This document shows, piece by piece, positions 50,366 through 64,000 of a stretch of 64,000 nt of DNA. How positions within the stretch are numbered: the stretch's first letter is position 1; each line of letters starts with the position of its first letter. Origin of the DNA: Octopus sinensis (Eukaryota); NCBI RefSeq assembly GCF_006345805.1, contig NC_042998.1, forward strand, positions 45,508,001-45,572,000, written 5' to 3'. Both the position numbers and the translations under genes were made by a program. Below the pieces are notes generated by a model, which searched no databases, was not told the DNA's origin, and saw only the letters and a list, made by a program, of their open reading frames with translations.

Positions 50366-50686
50366 TCTTAATATATAAAAAAAAAAAAAATGTATGTATG
50401 TATGAATCTTTGTATGTATGCTTCAAGTTACAGGCACTGTTATGTACCATGACAACCAAAATTTTGCATAGCTGCACCTCTTTCAAAGATCAAGGTCACA
50501 AGTCACAGTTTTTTGTGGATTTTTTTTTTGGCAGGGGCTGATATTTTCTTTAAAAGTAAATAAATATTCTCAGACTGAAGATTGTTAACATCTTTTTTTA
50601 AAACTATTTATCCAAAACAATGACTTTGTGTGATTGCATGTATTTTAGTATTAATAAACCTGCACAAGGCCAGGTACTGCTGCTAG
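50366..50686 (+). mobile_element. Probable short non-autonomous Helitron
   Basis: A|TCTTAATATATAAAA start followed by (TGTA)n; ends ...CCAGGTACTGCTGCTAG|T. Confidence 0.5.
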
Positions 50687-51119
50687 TATTATATAAACCT
50701 AAGACAGTCTTGAGCTGCAAAATTACATTTCATGGTTATTCTAGCCATGATGATAAATAGCTACTAAAAAATAGAACTGGTATTTTCTCAATAAATTTGA
50801 CAAAATAGTTTGAAACAAAAGACAGACATGTACATAAAACTGCTTTCTGCAGTAAAGGGGTTAATACCACCCTACTTTTTCTTTTTTTAGATGAGTTTTC
50901 GTCATTCAAGAAATTCTTACTTGAATAAAGTTCTGTCATATATAGTAAAATAAAATATTCTAGCTGCATTTAATCCAGTAATCATATACTTGGACTTTTT
51001 AAATGTGCCAAAATGGATGCAAAGTAGTTAAATGCAGTAAAGCAGTTAAAAAGAGATATCCAACTTAGATATTGTAGACACACATACACATATATATATA
51101 TATATACATACACCAAAGA

Positions 51120-51560
51120 ATGACCTCAGGACACTGACCTTTCAAGCAAGATGACAAACAACAGAGATGCCTGGTACCTTGCTGTACTCAAGGACACCCA
51201 TACTCTGCAGCAGATATGTGAAGACCAGCCCCTCTGGTGTTGCAAAGCACTCATGATGGTGCTACGTAAAGTGCCTGTGCAGTGTCATGTAAAAGCACCT
51301 GTGTGGTGCCATGTAAAAGCACCTGTTTGGTGCCATGTGAAAAGACCCATGTGGTGCCATGTAAAAGCACCCATGTGGTACTACATAAAAGAGCCCATGA
51401 AGCGCCACATAAGTACCTGTGCACACTCTGTTGGCATTAGGAAGGGCATCCATCCATAGAAATCAAGTCAAATTAGACTGGAGTCTGGTGCAGCTTCCCA
51501 GCTCTTGTCAAACTGTCCAACCCATTCCAGCATGGACAACAGATGTTAAATGATGATGAT
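51120..51560 (+). mobile_element. RTE 3' stub with an expanded 21-bp tandem unit
   Basis: Repeats of GGTGCCATGTAAAAGCACC(C/T).. (~6 copies), then CCAACCC..CAGCATGG..TTAAATGATGATGAT. Confidence 0.7.
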
Positions 51561-51799
51561 ATATTACACACACACACATATATATATGTATGCATGTATG
51601 TATATATGTATATACACACACACATACACATATACATACATACAAAAACGTGTGTGTGTATGTCAATGAGGGAACCTTCCTACAGTCATACATCCAGCTA
51701 AAAATAGCAGCTAGATCTTCTTCATCCTACATGAGTAAATATATATACATTTTTTGCCACTTTCAGTCACAACTGTCCATGAGTTATTATTGTTGCATA

Positions 51800-52240
51800 T
51801 TTTAGGTTTTGTTTTTGTTGGAGTGTGACAGCCTTTGTTGCAGAGGTCACATCTATGTGCGGTTATTGCTGTACTGACACTTCTATGCTCCTTTATGCAT
51901 ACCCACTTTTCTGCAGCAGCAACCATCAGCAGCTCTTTTTCTCCTGTCTTGAGGTACCAGTTCAGGATATTCTATCCCACTTGGCCGTCTGAAAGGCCCT
52001 CCAAAGATCCTATATTGATATCACAGGTTTTTGTGTACCTTATGCAGACATACTTGTAGCACACCTGTGGGGATGGCTAATGAATCTCTACTCAGATGCC
52101 AGTTTTTCATGGGAGACATTCTTTGCAATGTAGCTAAAATTCGTGCATAGGCAACCAGTAAAGTCCTTGTTGCCCAAGTAGAGTATACATACTAAGTCCA
52201 ACATGGAACAGGAGCACTTCATTGGTCTTCACATGTGCAA
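51800..52240 (-). mobile_element. Heavily decayed RTE-BovB-type relic
   Basis: Broken frames give TNEVL..SMYTLL..YKYVCIRYTKTCDI..RCDLCNKGCH, parallel to the 22.7-23.2 kb relic. Confidence 0.5.
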
Positions 52241-52410
52241 ATACACATATACAGACGCAGACATAGATGCGTGGTCAAGAAGTTTGCCTCCCAACCACAA
52301 GATTTCAAGTTCAGTCCCACTGTGTGTCACCTTGAGTAAATGTCTTCAACTATAGTACCAGGCTCACCAAAGCCCTGTGAGTAGATGTGGTAAATGGAAA
52401 CTGAAACTGT

Positions 52411-52456
<46 letters not shown>

Positions 52457-55400
52457 CATGTATATGTATGTGTATGTCAGTGTCTCTTTGTCTTGAACAT
52501 CAGGTGATAGTTGTAAACAAATCACCCTATCATACAAATGATGTTCGTTTCTAGTCTTCTGTGAAAAATGTGTCTGGCCATGAAGAAACACTACCTTGCT
52601 GGAAACAGAAAGGACACCACCTGTAGAAAATCTGCCTCAACAAATTTCGTCTGATCTATGCAAGCCTGAGAAAATGGACTTTAATACAATGATGATGATG
52701 ATAATGAAATACTCAATGACACATACACACATTTAAATAAATATACATGTGTTTATATTTATGTACACATAAATATTCATCATTTTTCTTTTCCTAGAAT
52801 TATATTTTAGCAAAGGTGGTGTTATAGTGATGATTAATCCAAGATCAACTGCAACACAGTTGAGGGAACTTTTTGTTTTCTTTTTTTTTTGTTATTTTCC
52901 TGTTGTGCAAGTTACTTGGTGACCTTACTAGTACCAGTGCTATGAAAAAAACACACACAGTACACATTATAATGTGGTTGGTGCTAAGAAGGGCATTCAA
53001 CAATAGAAACCATGCCAAGGCTGACATTGGAAACCGATGCAGTTCTGTGGCCTGTGAGATCCAATCTAACCAACCTACCCATACCAGCATGAAAAATGGA
53101 CATTAAATGATGATGATGAATTTACTTTCTGAGTGAGAGCAGTAATCAAACCATAAAGTAACACTAGACTCACTCTGATGCTAGTTTATCACTGGATTAC
53201 TATCACAGATACTGTGTTGTGTCTCAATCTAAAATTTTTCATTTTTATTGAACTGCTTTATTTAGCTGTAAATAGGTACCAAGATGAAGTACATTTAACA
53301 AATGTAAGCAACAGAGGCATAATATCAATGATGGACTACTATGTTAGCTTGCAATGCTGAGCTTATTATATTCACCTATAGGACTGCAAAGGACGACAGA
53401 AAATCACTCTAAGGTAACTTGCCAGGGAAAATCAATTACAACTTAGTTATTTTTTGCAAGTTCGTTTTTATGCTTCTTTCTTGCATTTTGCTTTGTAATA
53501 TTATTAGATGACATAAGGCAGCAAAGCTAACAGAACCGTTAGCACACCAGCAAAATGTTTAGTGGCATTTCATCCAGCTTTATGTTCTGAATTCAAATTC
53601 CACCGAAGCCGACTTCGCCTTTCATCTCTTCAGGGCCAATAAAATAAGTACCAGTTAAACACAGGGTAGGTGGGGGTCAATGTAATCAAAAGCTTTCAAT
53701 TCTATACAATTTGCAGCAGGAAATAACTGCTCCCTGAAATACATCAGTTGGTGCTCAGGCTGTGCATATGGAAATGAAAATTGTGGGAGAAAACTTATGT
53801 TCTGTATGGTATCAAAACTTCTAACTCATACAGTAACAACAGAAGTATAACTGACTCGTACATACCTGTCTTTGTGTTTGGTATCATGTTTATAGCACAG
53901 ACGATGAATGCCTACCAAAGGTTAATCTAGTGTTATTTATAATCACCATCTAGTAAAAGCTGACAGTAAGGCCTAAGAAATTAAGCAGTTGAGAATATCA
54001 ACAGATATCATCATCATCATCATCACCATTTAATGTGTTTTCCATACAGCCATGGATTGGACAGTTTGACAGATGCTATGAGCCAGAGAATTGCACTAAA
54101 CTCTGTCTTTGGCATGGTTTCTGGCTGGATGTCCTTCCTAACATCAACCACTTTACAGAGTGTACTGGGTGCTTTTTACATGACGTCAGCAACAGTGAAA
54201 TTAACAAGTAACTTGCAAGGCAAAACCACTCAACTGAAAAGGGAGTAATATTGAGGGAGATGACTTTGTACCACACACACACACATGTGCGTGTGTTTGT
54301 GTGTCACAAAATCAAACAGTACCAGTAAGCTTGTATCATTGTACTGCTGTTTTGTAATAACTTTCTGGTTGACCATCTTGTTATCAAGCTTGCATTGACA
54401 GGGAGACCCCCTAAGTGGACAAGTACAATAACATTTCTGTCTGGAATCCCTGAGTCTCAAGATCACTATTCTGCAGGAATCATTGGCAAATAGTACCAAA
54501 AGACTTTTTAAATCAGCAATCACCATATTATATATATGTCCTTTGTCTGTCCCCTTGATTTTCCTGATCTAAAACAGAACAGACATCATGTACTCAGTGC
54601 AATGTAGGCTCTTTAGTCTCTGCTACAAGTAGAATTGATTGTTTAGACTTCAAGTTGTAATAGAACCTGCTCATATCATCAGTGTTAACAGCCTTTTATT
54701 GCTCACTAGCCTACTTCATTTATAAAGATATTTCTGTGTTGAAATCTTTGTAGCCTCGAGATGCTAAATTTTAATGGGAAATCCCCCCTGTGTATGTTGA
54801 ACACAATCTGGAACTTGTAAAGTCATAGCAGTTGAGTCAATTCTGATGGCTGTATGCACTGAAGCTCAGCAGTCTTAAGAACATGTAAACAATTCATCTC
54901 CTATGTATATTTAGCATCATCTTTGATATGGATCTGTGACAGCTGTTTCTTGTACTTACAAAGTTCACTGTAAGCTTGATGCATATTATATACTAGCTTC
55001 TATGGAATGATGACATATTGGAGTTCTGTCTTTTGTACAGAGCCTCAGAGTTAATCTGTTCACAAGCCTATTGTGTATACAGGTATGGTAACACCGACTT
55101 CAAACTACAATATTATCAAGCATAAGCCACTCTTTGTGTTTCAGGTGTTTCCAAAACTTTTTAATTCTTTTCTTAATGATATAATCAGAAGAAAAGCAGT
55201 GTGTAAAACCCTTTCACAGAGGTTCTGGCAGTGGGAGGCAAAGAAGCCAGGACTCAGTGGTTGCAATGTAACTCAAGACTAATTTATCCTCAGACCAGTA
55301 CTCTAGCCCAAAAACTTGCAACAGAATACATTCTATTAAAGGCATCTAAGAGCCAGGTGGTGGCCTTAACCCAGATAACAGATTAGATTTCTCCCTAACA

Positions 55401-57244
55401 AGACCTAGTATTGATAGTGATAAGGTTGGGCTCACTGCAGAAACAGAAAACAGAAACAACCTTAATGTTCTTACACTTCCAGCCATGCCTGCATTCTAGA
55501 TTAGTAATTACATCCAATCCTGAAGTTGAAGTTAGCAGTAAAATTTTATCCATTACTACATCTCATTTTTTAGAGAATTAAAGACATTTTGTAAACATAG
55601 TAAACATGGCCTAATCTTTTCTGCATATAGTTCTGGAATTGGTAACCAAACTTTCTAAAAGAATTTAAAACATTGCCTGAATCCAACAGTCGACTTATTC
55701 CAGGAGGAGTGATGTGATTATAGGTTGCATTTCCCCGCTTATTTTTACTTCTTAAACTCCACATTATTTCTTACATAGGTACAAGATCCCTAAATATTCA
55801 AGTGGTACTTGACGGTAACAACCCCAAAAGGGAGAAAGGCGAAGTTGACTATGGTACAAATTATTAAAAAGTATTATTACGTACAATATGTGGAGAAAAA
55901 GGTAAGTATAATGTAAAACAAAGAAACTGGAACGGTGACAGCTACATCGTGAAAAATAAATTTTAAAACTCATAGCCATAATACATTGGGAAAATCTTGT
56001 ATAAACATACATAACACGTATGCATTTTTATACACACGTAGATTGAAAGTAGTTTAGTAGGAGATTCAAATATACCGTAATACTGGCACACGTATAGACA
56101 GATTTAGCAAAAATATATACAATTAAAAACTTTTTCAGCCTTTCTTAAGAGATGGAAAACTTAAGAGCTAAGTAAAATTGTTTAGTATGCAGCCTTATGT
56201 TATTTCAGTGTTGAATAACATAAGATGTAGGTGAACAAAATCTACCACGCTTGTAATATTAACTAAAACGCCTAAAAAATCCCAGTTGATTACGCAAAGA
56301 ATATATTTGATTACTCCACATCAGAATTAAATAACACCTAAAAACTAAATGTAATTCTAATGCATTCAATTGCTCGTAACAATTTGTTTCATTTTTTTTT
56401 TTTAAAGAAAAAGATGTTTAAAAAATTTAACTGTATTTCTAGACTCAGGCGAATTGTCCACCCATTTTCGACACCCTTGATCACTTTACCTATATCACCT
56501 TGTCCTTGGAAGAAAAAAAAACACGGCACAACAAGCATTTTCTAGTCTTTGAGATAAGTAAGGATGACTAAACCTCACATGAAGTCAAACTCATTAGCCA
56601 TTAAGTGATTCTACCCCACTCGAATTAGGTCTACAAAATATCGATTGGCTAAATTGGTTAAATACTCCACTACTTGATGGTGAATACTCCCTCTCAGGAA
56701 GTAAACAAAAAAGAAAAAAATTATTATTGTGTACTTAGCTTTAATTAGCTTTCGGGTTTTAAATCGAACTTAGATTTATTTTTGCTAATTTGATCATTTA
56801 CATTAGAATAAGATTGTTCAATCGGTTTCTAATTAGTATCAAATAGATTTCATTTTCCGTATGTATCACTAACGGGACTAATCATGACACGTGTATGTAT
56901 GTATGTATGTGTGTGTGTGTGTGTGTGACTAATTATTATTTTGTTATAAAGACAAAACGCTGCAAGTTATAAGAAATATAGTTCGCTGGTTAGTACCTTA
57001 TATTTCAGCACTTATGACTTGTATTGTTTTGGCTTAATAATAATAATAATAATAGTTTATTGACACCGGGGCGAGGATGCGGGGGACAATGCAAAACAGA
57101 CATGAAGTGTGTGTGGGGTTACATATAATGAAATGATAAAAAAAAAAAAGAGAATATATACAGTATACAATGAAAAGGAAGGGAAATATACATAGTATAA
57201 AGAAGTTTTAAAAAAGTATATTGTAATAGTATAATAGTGCCGAT

Positions 57245-57680
57245 CTCTAATTGTAGAGGGAACTTTTGGGAGAGGTAGACCCAGGAAGACGTGGGACGAA
57301 CTAATGAGAAAGGATCTTCAGGCGTTGGACCTCACAGAGGAAATTGACAAGGGACCGAGATACCTGGCGGTTTGCTGTGCTTGAGAAGACACATCAAGCT
57401 GAGTAAATACAGGAATGACCTCTACGTCCCTTTCAGTCGAGAGGTCCTTCCCTTGAGGGCTCGCGGGTGCTAGTGTCACATAAAAAGAGAACGTGCCGGT
57501 GCCATGTGAAAAAAAGCACCCAGTACACCATGTGAAGTGGTTGGCGTTAAGAAGGGCATCTAGCCGTTGAAACCATGCTAAAATAGACAATATGAAGCTG
57601 GGGAGCTTCCAGTTGGCCAATTCCTGTCAAACCGTCCAACCCATGCCAGCATGGAAAGTGGGTGTTAAATTATGATGATA
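57245..57680 (+). mobile_element. 5'-truncated RTE copy related to 8803-12360
   Basis: VEGTFGRGRPRKTWDELMRKDLQALDLTEE..RDRDTWRFAVLEKTHQAE*, then the shared 3'UTR ending CCATGCCAGCATGG..TTAAATTATGATGAT. Confidence 0.8.
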
Positions 57681-59009
57681 ACAATTATATATATATAGCG
57701 AAGGAGAAAGACAGAGACGAGGCAAATATTTTCTTATATTAATACTCCGGAAGGGGCAACATAAATAAATAAATAAATAAAAGGGTAAAAGAACATGACC
57801 CAGTTCATTTTGGGAGGTGTGAAGTGAATAACAGGACCTGCTCCAAATGGAATCTGATCGTTTTATTTATTTATTTATGAGATTCGGATCTTCAAATCGA
57901 ATATCTATAATTAACAATCGCCAATTTTTTCTTCTTTTTTTTTTTTGTTGATGGTTAGAAGTGAATAGTCACCGATATAAACAGATTATGGAAAGTCAAA
58001 AACAAAGATATATAAAAAGAAAACAAAAAACAAAGGCATCGAAGGGTGCATAGGTGAATGAACAATATTGCTATTTTTTCCGTAGCAAATAAATAAATTA
58101 AATTGAAAAAAAACCTAGTCCACAGATTTATCTAGAGGTGTTCTTTACCCTATGTCCATAAAAATAAATATGTATTTTGATCGATGTGTGTATTTATAGC
58201 GTCTACGTTTCCCCTCTTAATTCATATACACGAATTATATATGTATGCATATGTATACATACATATGTGTGTATATACATATATATACTACGTACATCAG
58301 TAATTATAACAAATAGAAACATATATATAATAAAATTGTCATTTAATCCGTAAATGATGTAGTATAGATAAAAAATGAAATTCCCAAGTACACTTGTACT
58401 ATAATCATGTGTGTTTGTATGTATTTGTATTATATGTGTCTATTATATATACATCAGTGTATTATATATATATATATGCGCGATTTTTTAAAAATTTTAT
58501 CGGCATGTATTGAGTTCTATTTCTCCTGTTTGTCCTACCAAACACATTATACACACACACACACACACATATACACATACAATCATATATATATATATAT
58601 ATATACACACACATTGGTATGATATTCTGTAGATGTGTCTACGAGTTATTTATTGTCTGTGTGTGCATGCACATTTGTCTAGAAGCTACGTACACAAATG
58701 TTGACGTAACGGCCCAATATACGGATTGCAACTCAGTTACTAAATCTATCGTACACTAAATGGAAAAGTCTTTCTTGCATTACCCTTACTTACTACTATA
58801 CTGCATATTTTAAAAAAAGAACCAATACGGATATGACAGATTGACATATATAACAATATAAAATCATTCGAGATTGACGGAATCGACAGTTTACCATAAA
58901 TCGAATAAGTATCATCTATAATTGATTTTTCCATTCGTAAATGAACGATGATTATTTCGAATGTTTTGTTTTCGTAGATCTCTAAAAAACGAGTTCGCAC
59001 ACATGCAAG

Positions 59010-59051
<42 letters not shown>

Positions 59052-59448
59052 GTATATGTATCTGTGCATTAACTAAAAAAATTATTATTTTATTTTATAA
59101 AAATTTAACTGGTAGTATTTTAACATCAGTGAGTAAAGACATATCGTTCACAAACGGGGGTTGCTCAATATTTTATTTTAATAAAGGCCATCTCACTACA
59201 ACTGTCAAGCCTTATTTTATGGTTTTTACCCCCACCGATTAAAATAATAAAAATCTAAAAAGATATTAATAACTCAAAGGAGCTAGAGAAATGAATATAC
59301 TAGTTAATTACAACAGAAAGATAATTATACAAACATATATATTCACACACATTATAAATATATATATAGAGAGAGATTGCAATGTATTTATTGTCTGGCT
59401 ATATAATAAACTAAATCACTTGGGTTAATAATTACTCAGTAAACTAAC

Positions 59449-59644
59449 CTGATCTGGGGAACATTTTCGCACCATGATGCACTGACGAATAAACAGTCTC
59501 AACTTTATCACGTACGTCTGACGGACCAACGTTTGGACCGTTCAGATCGGTTGTCTGATGGCGATTTAGATTGCTGTTGTATCCTGATTCTGTGGGTGTT
59601 ATATTTTCACTGTTGTTGATCTGAGAGGTTCCGTACGCGGCCAT
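59449..59644 (-). CDS. TAPT1: TAPT1 orthologue, probable coding exon 1 (MAAYGTSQINNSE...GAKMFPRS + G)
   Basis: ATG at 59644 (context cgttctATGG). 65 codons + 1 nt, then donor G|GTTAGT at 59448. The phase-1 end fits exon 2, which starts GT (G+GT=Gly). The N-terminus is low-complexity and not recognisably conserved, so the call rests on splice phase, position and the upstream CT/GA-rich tract. Confidence 0.7.
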
Positions 59645-60010
59645 AGAACGAAATCCACCACTTCATCCACTCTAGCTGTCTATTTCAGTCATTCTCCCTG
59701 CCACTCGTTACTTTATCTAATTTACTAACTCTTACTATACCTCATTTACTCTCACTATACGTTTATACATTTCCCTCGTTCAGATTCTCTATCTCTTCCA
59801 GTTACTCCACCTCCTTTATTCTTTTATTCACTCAGCATTCCTTCTCTTTACTCTGTCTCTCTTCACTTTTCTATCAATCAGTCTCTTTCTCCCCCTTCTC
59901 TCTCTTCACTTTCATCTCTCTCTCTTTTTCTCCCTCTCTCTCTATCATTCTCGCTTCTCTTTCTCACTTTTCACCTGTATTAGCTGTTTTGACTACATCT
60001 CAGTAAATAC
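59645..60010 (-). promoter_or_regulatory. Putative TAPT1 5'UTR/promoter region with a long CT-rich (GA-rich on the sense strand) tract
   Basis: Lies immediately upstream of the exon-1 ATG; polypyrimidine tract on the + strand at ~59770-59970; no TSS can be fixed from sequence alone. Confidence 0.4.
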
Positions 60011-63000
60011 TTATGTAACTTGTTATCAATTAACGAAGCTATGCTACTTAAGTTCGTCATCTCGATCTCTTTTCTTCTTTACTTTATCTGGTCACTGTCA
60101 CTCTGCATCGAAGCTTCAAGACTGTCTTTAGATTTATACTAATCATATAATCACGTCTCCGGTACTATTGGAGGGAAAGCATGAATGTTAAACATTCTCA
60201 TTTTCCTCACCCCTTAAAATATGCAATCTTATTAATTGTAATTTATTCTTGTGTTTTTAAATTTATTTGTATTCTCAGATGTTTTTATTTCATTTGTACA
60301 AGGGCTTCCTTGTAAAATCGGGCTATATTTCCATTTTCTCCACGTTCATAAAGATTTAGATGAGTTATTATTTTTTTTTAATTCTATTTTTCGTTTTGAA
60401 TCTTTCTCATTTGATTTCTTTTTCCGATTGCAATCTCTCTCAAATACTGTATCTTATAAAACGAGGTCTTGGGCCTGATACTTTCAACTTTATTTACATG
60501 TAAATTTCATTTTGTCTCTCCTAATTTTCCTTTTCATTCTCTGTTGTCTTTCATTTAATATTACGTTGGTGCTTTATTTCACATTGTTTTGTTTCATAAA
60601 TGCCCATCCTACCTACATCAAACATATCTTTCTTGCTTTAAGAGAGACGACAGGAAGCAGATTTGAGACTCAGTGGACATTTAATTTATCCGCCACAAGA
60701 TAGTGACGTCACATTCTCACTAATAATTTGCCAAAATAACGATTTCAGAATTACATCTGATATCTCTGCCACCTCTTAAAAACTGTCCGAAGTACACTGT
60801 AGATCTGTATGTTTTTTCATGCTATTAACTAATTAATTCCATTATAATGAGGGATAAGTAATAATTGGAATTTTAATATCATTATACAATCATTTAAATT
60901 CAAAAGAAAAAGTAAAATCGTTTATGAACTTAACTTTATATTTAATATAAACGATATTAAACAGAAATGTAGATTTATTGATTTATTTGTAATCGATTGA
61001 TGGTTATTATAAACCAGATATTCAAACTATTTCTATGTTTAATTACATTCTGACTTCACAAAACTCTTTTGTAAAACTCTTTAAGAGGGTTTTTTTTTTG
61101 TATGACAAACAATAAGTGTCTTCTGGTGTCATTTGTGAAATAACAAATATCAAAGTGACAAAATAGTCTTGTGAACTAGAAAATATTTTAGATAAATTAA
61201 AATTTGAACTTCGTAATTTATGTTTCCCCTGCATTTGGAGTTAAAAGGGATGATAGTCTAATGAGGGATTCCGCTGAGCACGAAAGATCATGCAATTAGC
61301 ATTATCCATCACCATGTTTAACTTCATTAACTGACCCTTGGATGCCTTTAGCAGAGCCCGTTTTGTAGCAAAGTCTCCCAACTGAGTATAACACCAACTT
61401 CCTAAAAGACTGAAAAATGTCGAGCTTGCTTCCTATCCTGGCTACGCCAATAAAAAGACCCCAAGGTTAAGTAATGAAAAGACGTTACAAGTGTGGTCAT
61501 CTTTTCACTCATATTGTATCTATATTGATACATTGTATTATATAGATGGTAGTAAAGATATTCTCTTTAAAATGGGACGTATATGTAAGTGCAGCGGCCA
61601 GTTTTCTGACAAAAACTTTGAATCTCAGTAGCAGGCAGTTTGGCAAAACAGACTGTAGCAAGGAGTTTCGCTGAAGACAATCAGATTCATTTATCGACTT
61701 CATCTCGCCTGTGTTGCTGGACAAATCAATAAATTATTTTCAACATTCTAAAATCTTAACTGAAACAATATTCTGCCATTAAAAAAATATATATACAGAT
61801 GCAGAGATGAAAAAAGATCGATCAATTGTGCGACAAGTTGGAAGTGGGTCATATTTTGGAGAACGAGGTATGTGAAGAGTTAGCGTGAAAGTTCAGGATC
61901 ATGAAGTTCATATTCTTGTACAACGCGGCTAGGTACCAATGTCAGATATGCACAAGACTCGTGTTGCTGGCTGAAAGAAGAAATCTGCTGCAAATATAGG
62001 CCTTTTGTGTGATTGGAGGTAACGTACATCAGTAAGAGTCCAGTCGGAGTTACGTGCCGGGTTGACGATCAGAAAAACCATTTTGATCTTCAGGAATTAT
62101 AAAATTATCCAGCGAGACTCTCAATACAATTCCGTTTTTCAGAAAAAAGACATGGGAAAACAAACTGAAAGTCTGCAAACTGAGTGTAAATTAAACTAAA
62201 AAACACCCAATACGAAATTGCACTTCTTTTTACTAAACTATCGTAGCAGATGCAATCAAAAGCAATATTATTTTTAACGACACTATATCTAAGTTATGTC
62301 TTCATGATTATTGACTTAAACATAATCGATTTGAGGAAGCTTTCTGCCGTTTGACCGGAAAATATCATATTTTGAGAATAGATAGATCAACTGTTGTGAG
62401 CAAGAAAGTGCAGGGCGGGATTGCCCAATTAGTTACTATTAAATATAAGATAACAATTATTCAGTCAGAAACTACTCCTGGAGTCCATTAGATGCATATT
62501 TCTATTATTTTCCAAATTCTAATGATAAATTCTCATGTTTTCTCTTTAAACGAATCAGTTTTCAGAAACGTTAGATTTTATACTTCGTGAAATATTGGAA
62601 TGATATGAATCAAGAAGAATGAGTACAAGATTTTATCATCATTATAGGTTTTATTCAGCACATTAATGAGCCAACTCATATTAATCATAACACTCGATTT
62701 AATTTTCACAAACAGTTAAGTTGGGAATGTTTCGTTTTATGATCCAGAAAGTGAAACGACTGAAGTCAGCAAAGATTAATTACCGGAAATTCGACAATTA
62801 AACAAAAGCGAAGCAGTTTTCTTTGAAATGGAATAAAAGTTATACAATCCTAATATAATAAAAAGATGATTGCAAATCCGATTTTTGTGAGGTGCTTTGG
62901 TTTATTTTATATGTTTTATAATAATAAACAAAAATATAAGAATTAGAATACCACCGAAGGCATTTAATTATTTATTACCCAGCAATACATAGGTTCTAGA

Positions 63001-63699
63001 AGGTAATGCATTGGTTCGTTACAGTAAGGAATTATGAATTAATCTCAACGATGTAAGGGAGTTTACTGCAGTTTCAGCGCTCGTGCCGTGCCACAGAATT
63101 CCTTTCAGTCAGTTCATCGATGCTAATGATATCTATTTCTTTACTGCCCACAAGGGGCTACACACAGAAGGGACAGACAAACGGATTAAGTCGATTATAT
63201 CGACCTCAGTGCGTAACTGGTACTTATTTAATCGACCCCGAAAGGATGAAAGACAAAGTCGATCTCGGCGGAATTTGAACTCAGACCGTAACGGCGGACG
63301 AAATATGGCTACGCATTTCGCCCGGCGTGCTAACGTTTCTGCCAGCTCGCCGCCTTACCGATGTTGATATCATCCACAATTCTCACGAGTAGTTGTATAA
63401 AAGAACCAGTCTTTTCTTCTACACATAAACAATTTCGAAAATAGATTTTCAGTTTCAAAATTAAGAAGAAAAAAAAGCAGCGTTTTCCAATCTAATTGCC
63501 GAGTTTGGTCAAGTACTCCTAAACATTATTTTACTTTCATTTTAAGCAGATTTTATGTATGATAATTATAAGTAATGTAACACTGATGTATCTTATCATT
63601 TTTGACTTTCATGAAAATATTAAATGAGGAATTTTTTTTATCACAGCAGCTGATCGCACACGACAAGGTTTAACGGAACCTATTGAAGCAAACCAGCAC

Positions 63700-64000
63700 G
63701 CTCGCAGCATCACCACGAGTGATGGTGTGGCTAAGGCGTTGGGAATGCCAAGCGCCCTTATGGGCCATCACCTGACACCTCGTTGAGGCGAGCTGCCAAC
63801 GTCAAGAACTTCGCGGTTAGTGGCCCGGTCGCTCCGAACGTCTCAAATGCCACAGGTTGGAAGATAGAGTTAACTGTCAGGTCCCGAAACTTCAGGGTTT
63901 TCTTCCGTTCGACTAAAGAAGCAGTGACCCTCCCATTAATTGCATCATCCAGGATGTGGAAGGGAGCAACGGAATCGCAGACTGTGGCGTCCCAAATGAG
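63700..64000 (-). mobile_element. Second RLE LINE relic of the same family, running off the window edge
   Basis: LIWDATVCDSVAPFHILDDAINGRVTASLVERKKTLKFRDLTVNSIFQPVAFETFGATGPLTAKFL..EVSGD..TRGDAASVL. Confidence 0.75.

Noticed and set aside
51260-51410. CRISPR-like regularly spaced repeats
   Set aside because: Contiguous 21-bp tandem units without unique spacers, inside an RTE 3'UTR in a eukaryotic intron; no cas genes.
54230-55560. Less repetitive stretch with short ORFs (possible nested gene or exon)
   Set aside because: No recognisable protein motif or consistent splice/phase chain; may be an old TE.
61230-62110. More GC-balanced stretch upstream of TAPT1 (possible divergent gene or LINE relic)
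   Set aside because: Frames close quickly and I could not recognise any domain; a tBLASTx search would be needed.

Overview
AT-rich, intron-dominated animal DNA packed with microsatellites, tRNA-derived SINEs, MITEs and decayed LINEs; the repeat style suggests an octopus genome (inference, not a database result). The only host gene I can support is the 5' half of a TAPT1 (transmembrane anterior-posterior transformation 1) orthologue on the minus strand. It has four coding exons (59644-59449, 18110-17980, 3933-3809, 521-359) that join in frame through GT-AG introns of about 41.3, 14.0 and 3.3 kb, and the gene continues off the left edge. The introns hold a near-full RTE LINE with three lesions and a PHD-type finger inside its RT, many 3' RTE stubs, several SINE families, Merlin-, piggyBac-, hAT- and Tc1/mariner-type MITEs, short Helitrons, a dead mariner, CR1 and RTE-BovB relics and RLE-type LINE relics. 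Most notable: (1) two copies of a composite unit made of a Penelope GIY-YIG C-terminus, a tRNA-like Pol III head, a (TAA)n tract and a minimal hammerhead ribozyme; (2) a ~1.65 kb palindrome in intron 2; (3) SINEs sharing one head but carrying swapped tails, one of which matches the RTE LINE 3' end. Repeat boundaries are approximate (tens of bp) unless TIR/TSD coordinates are given.
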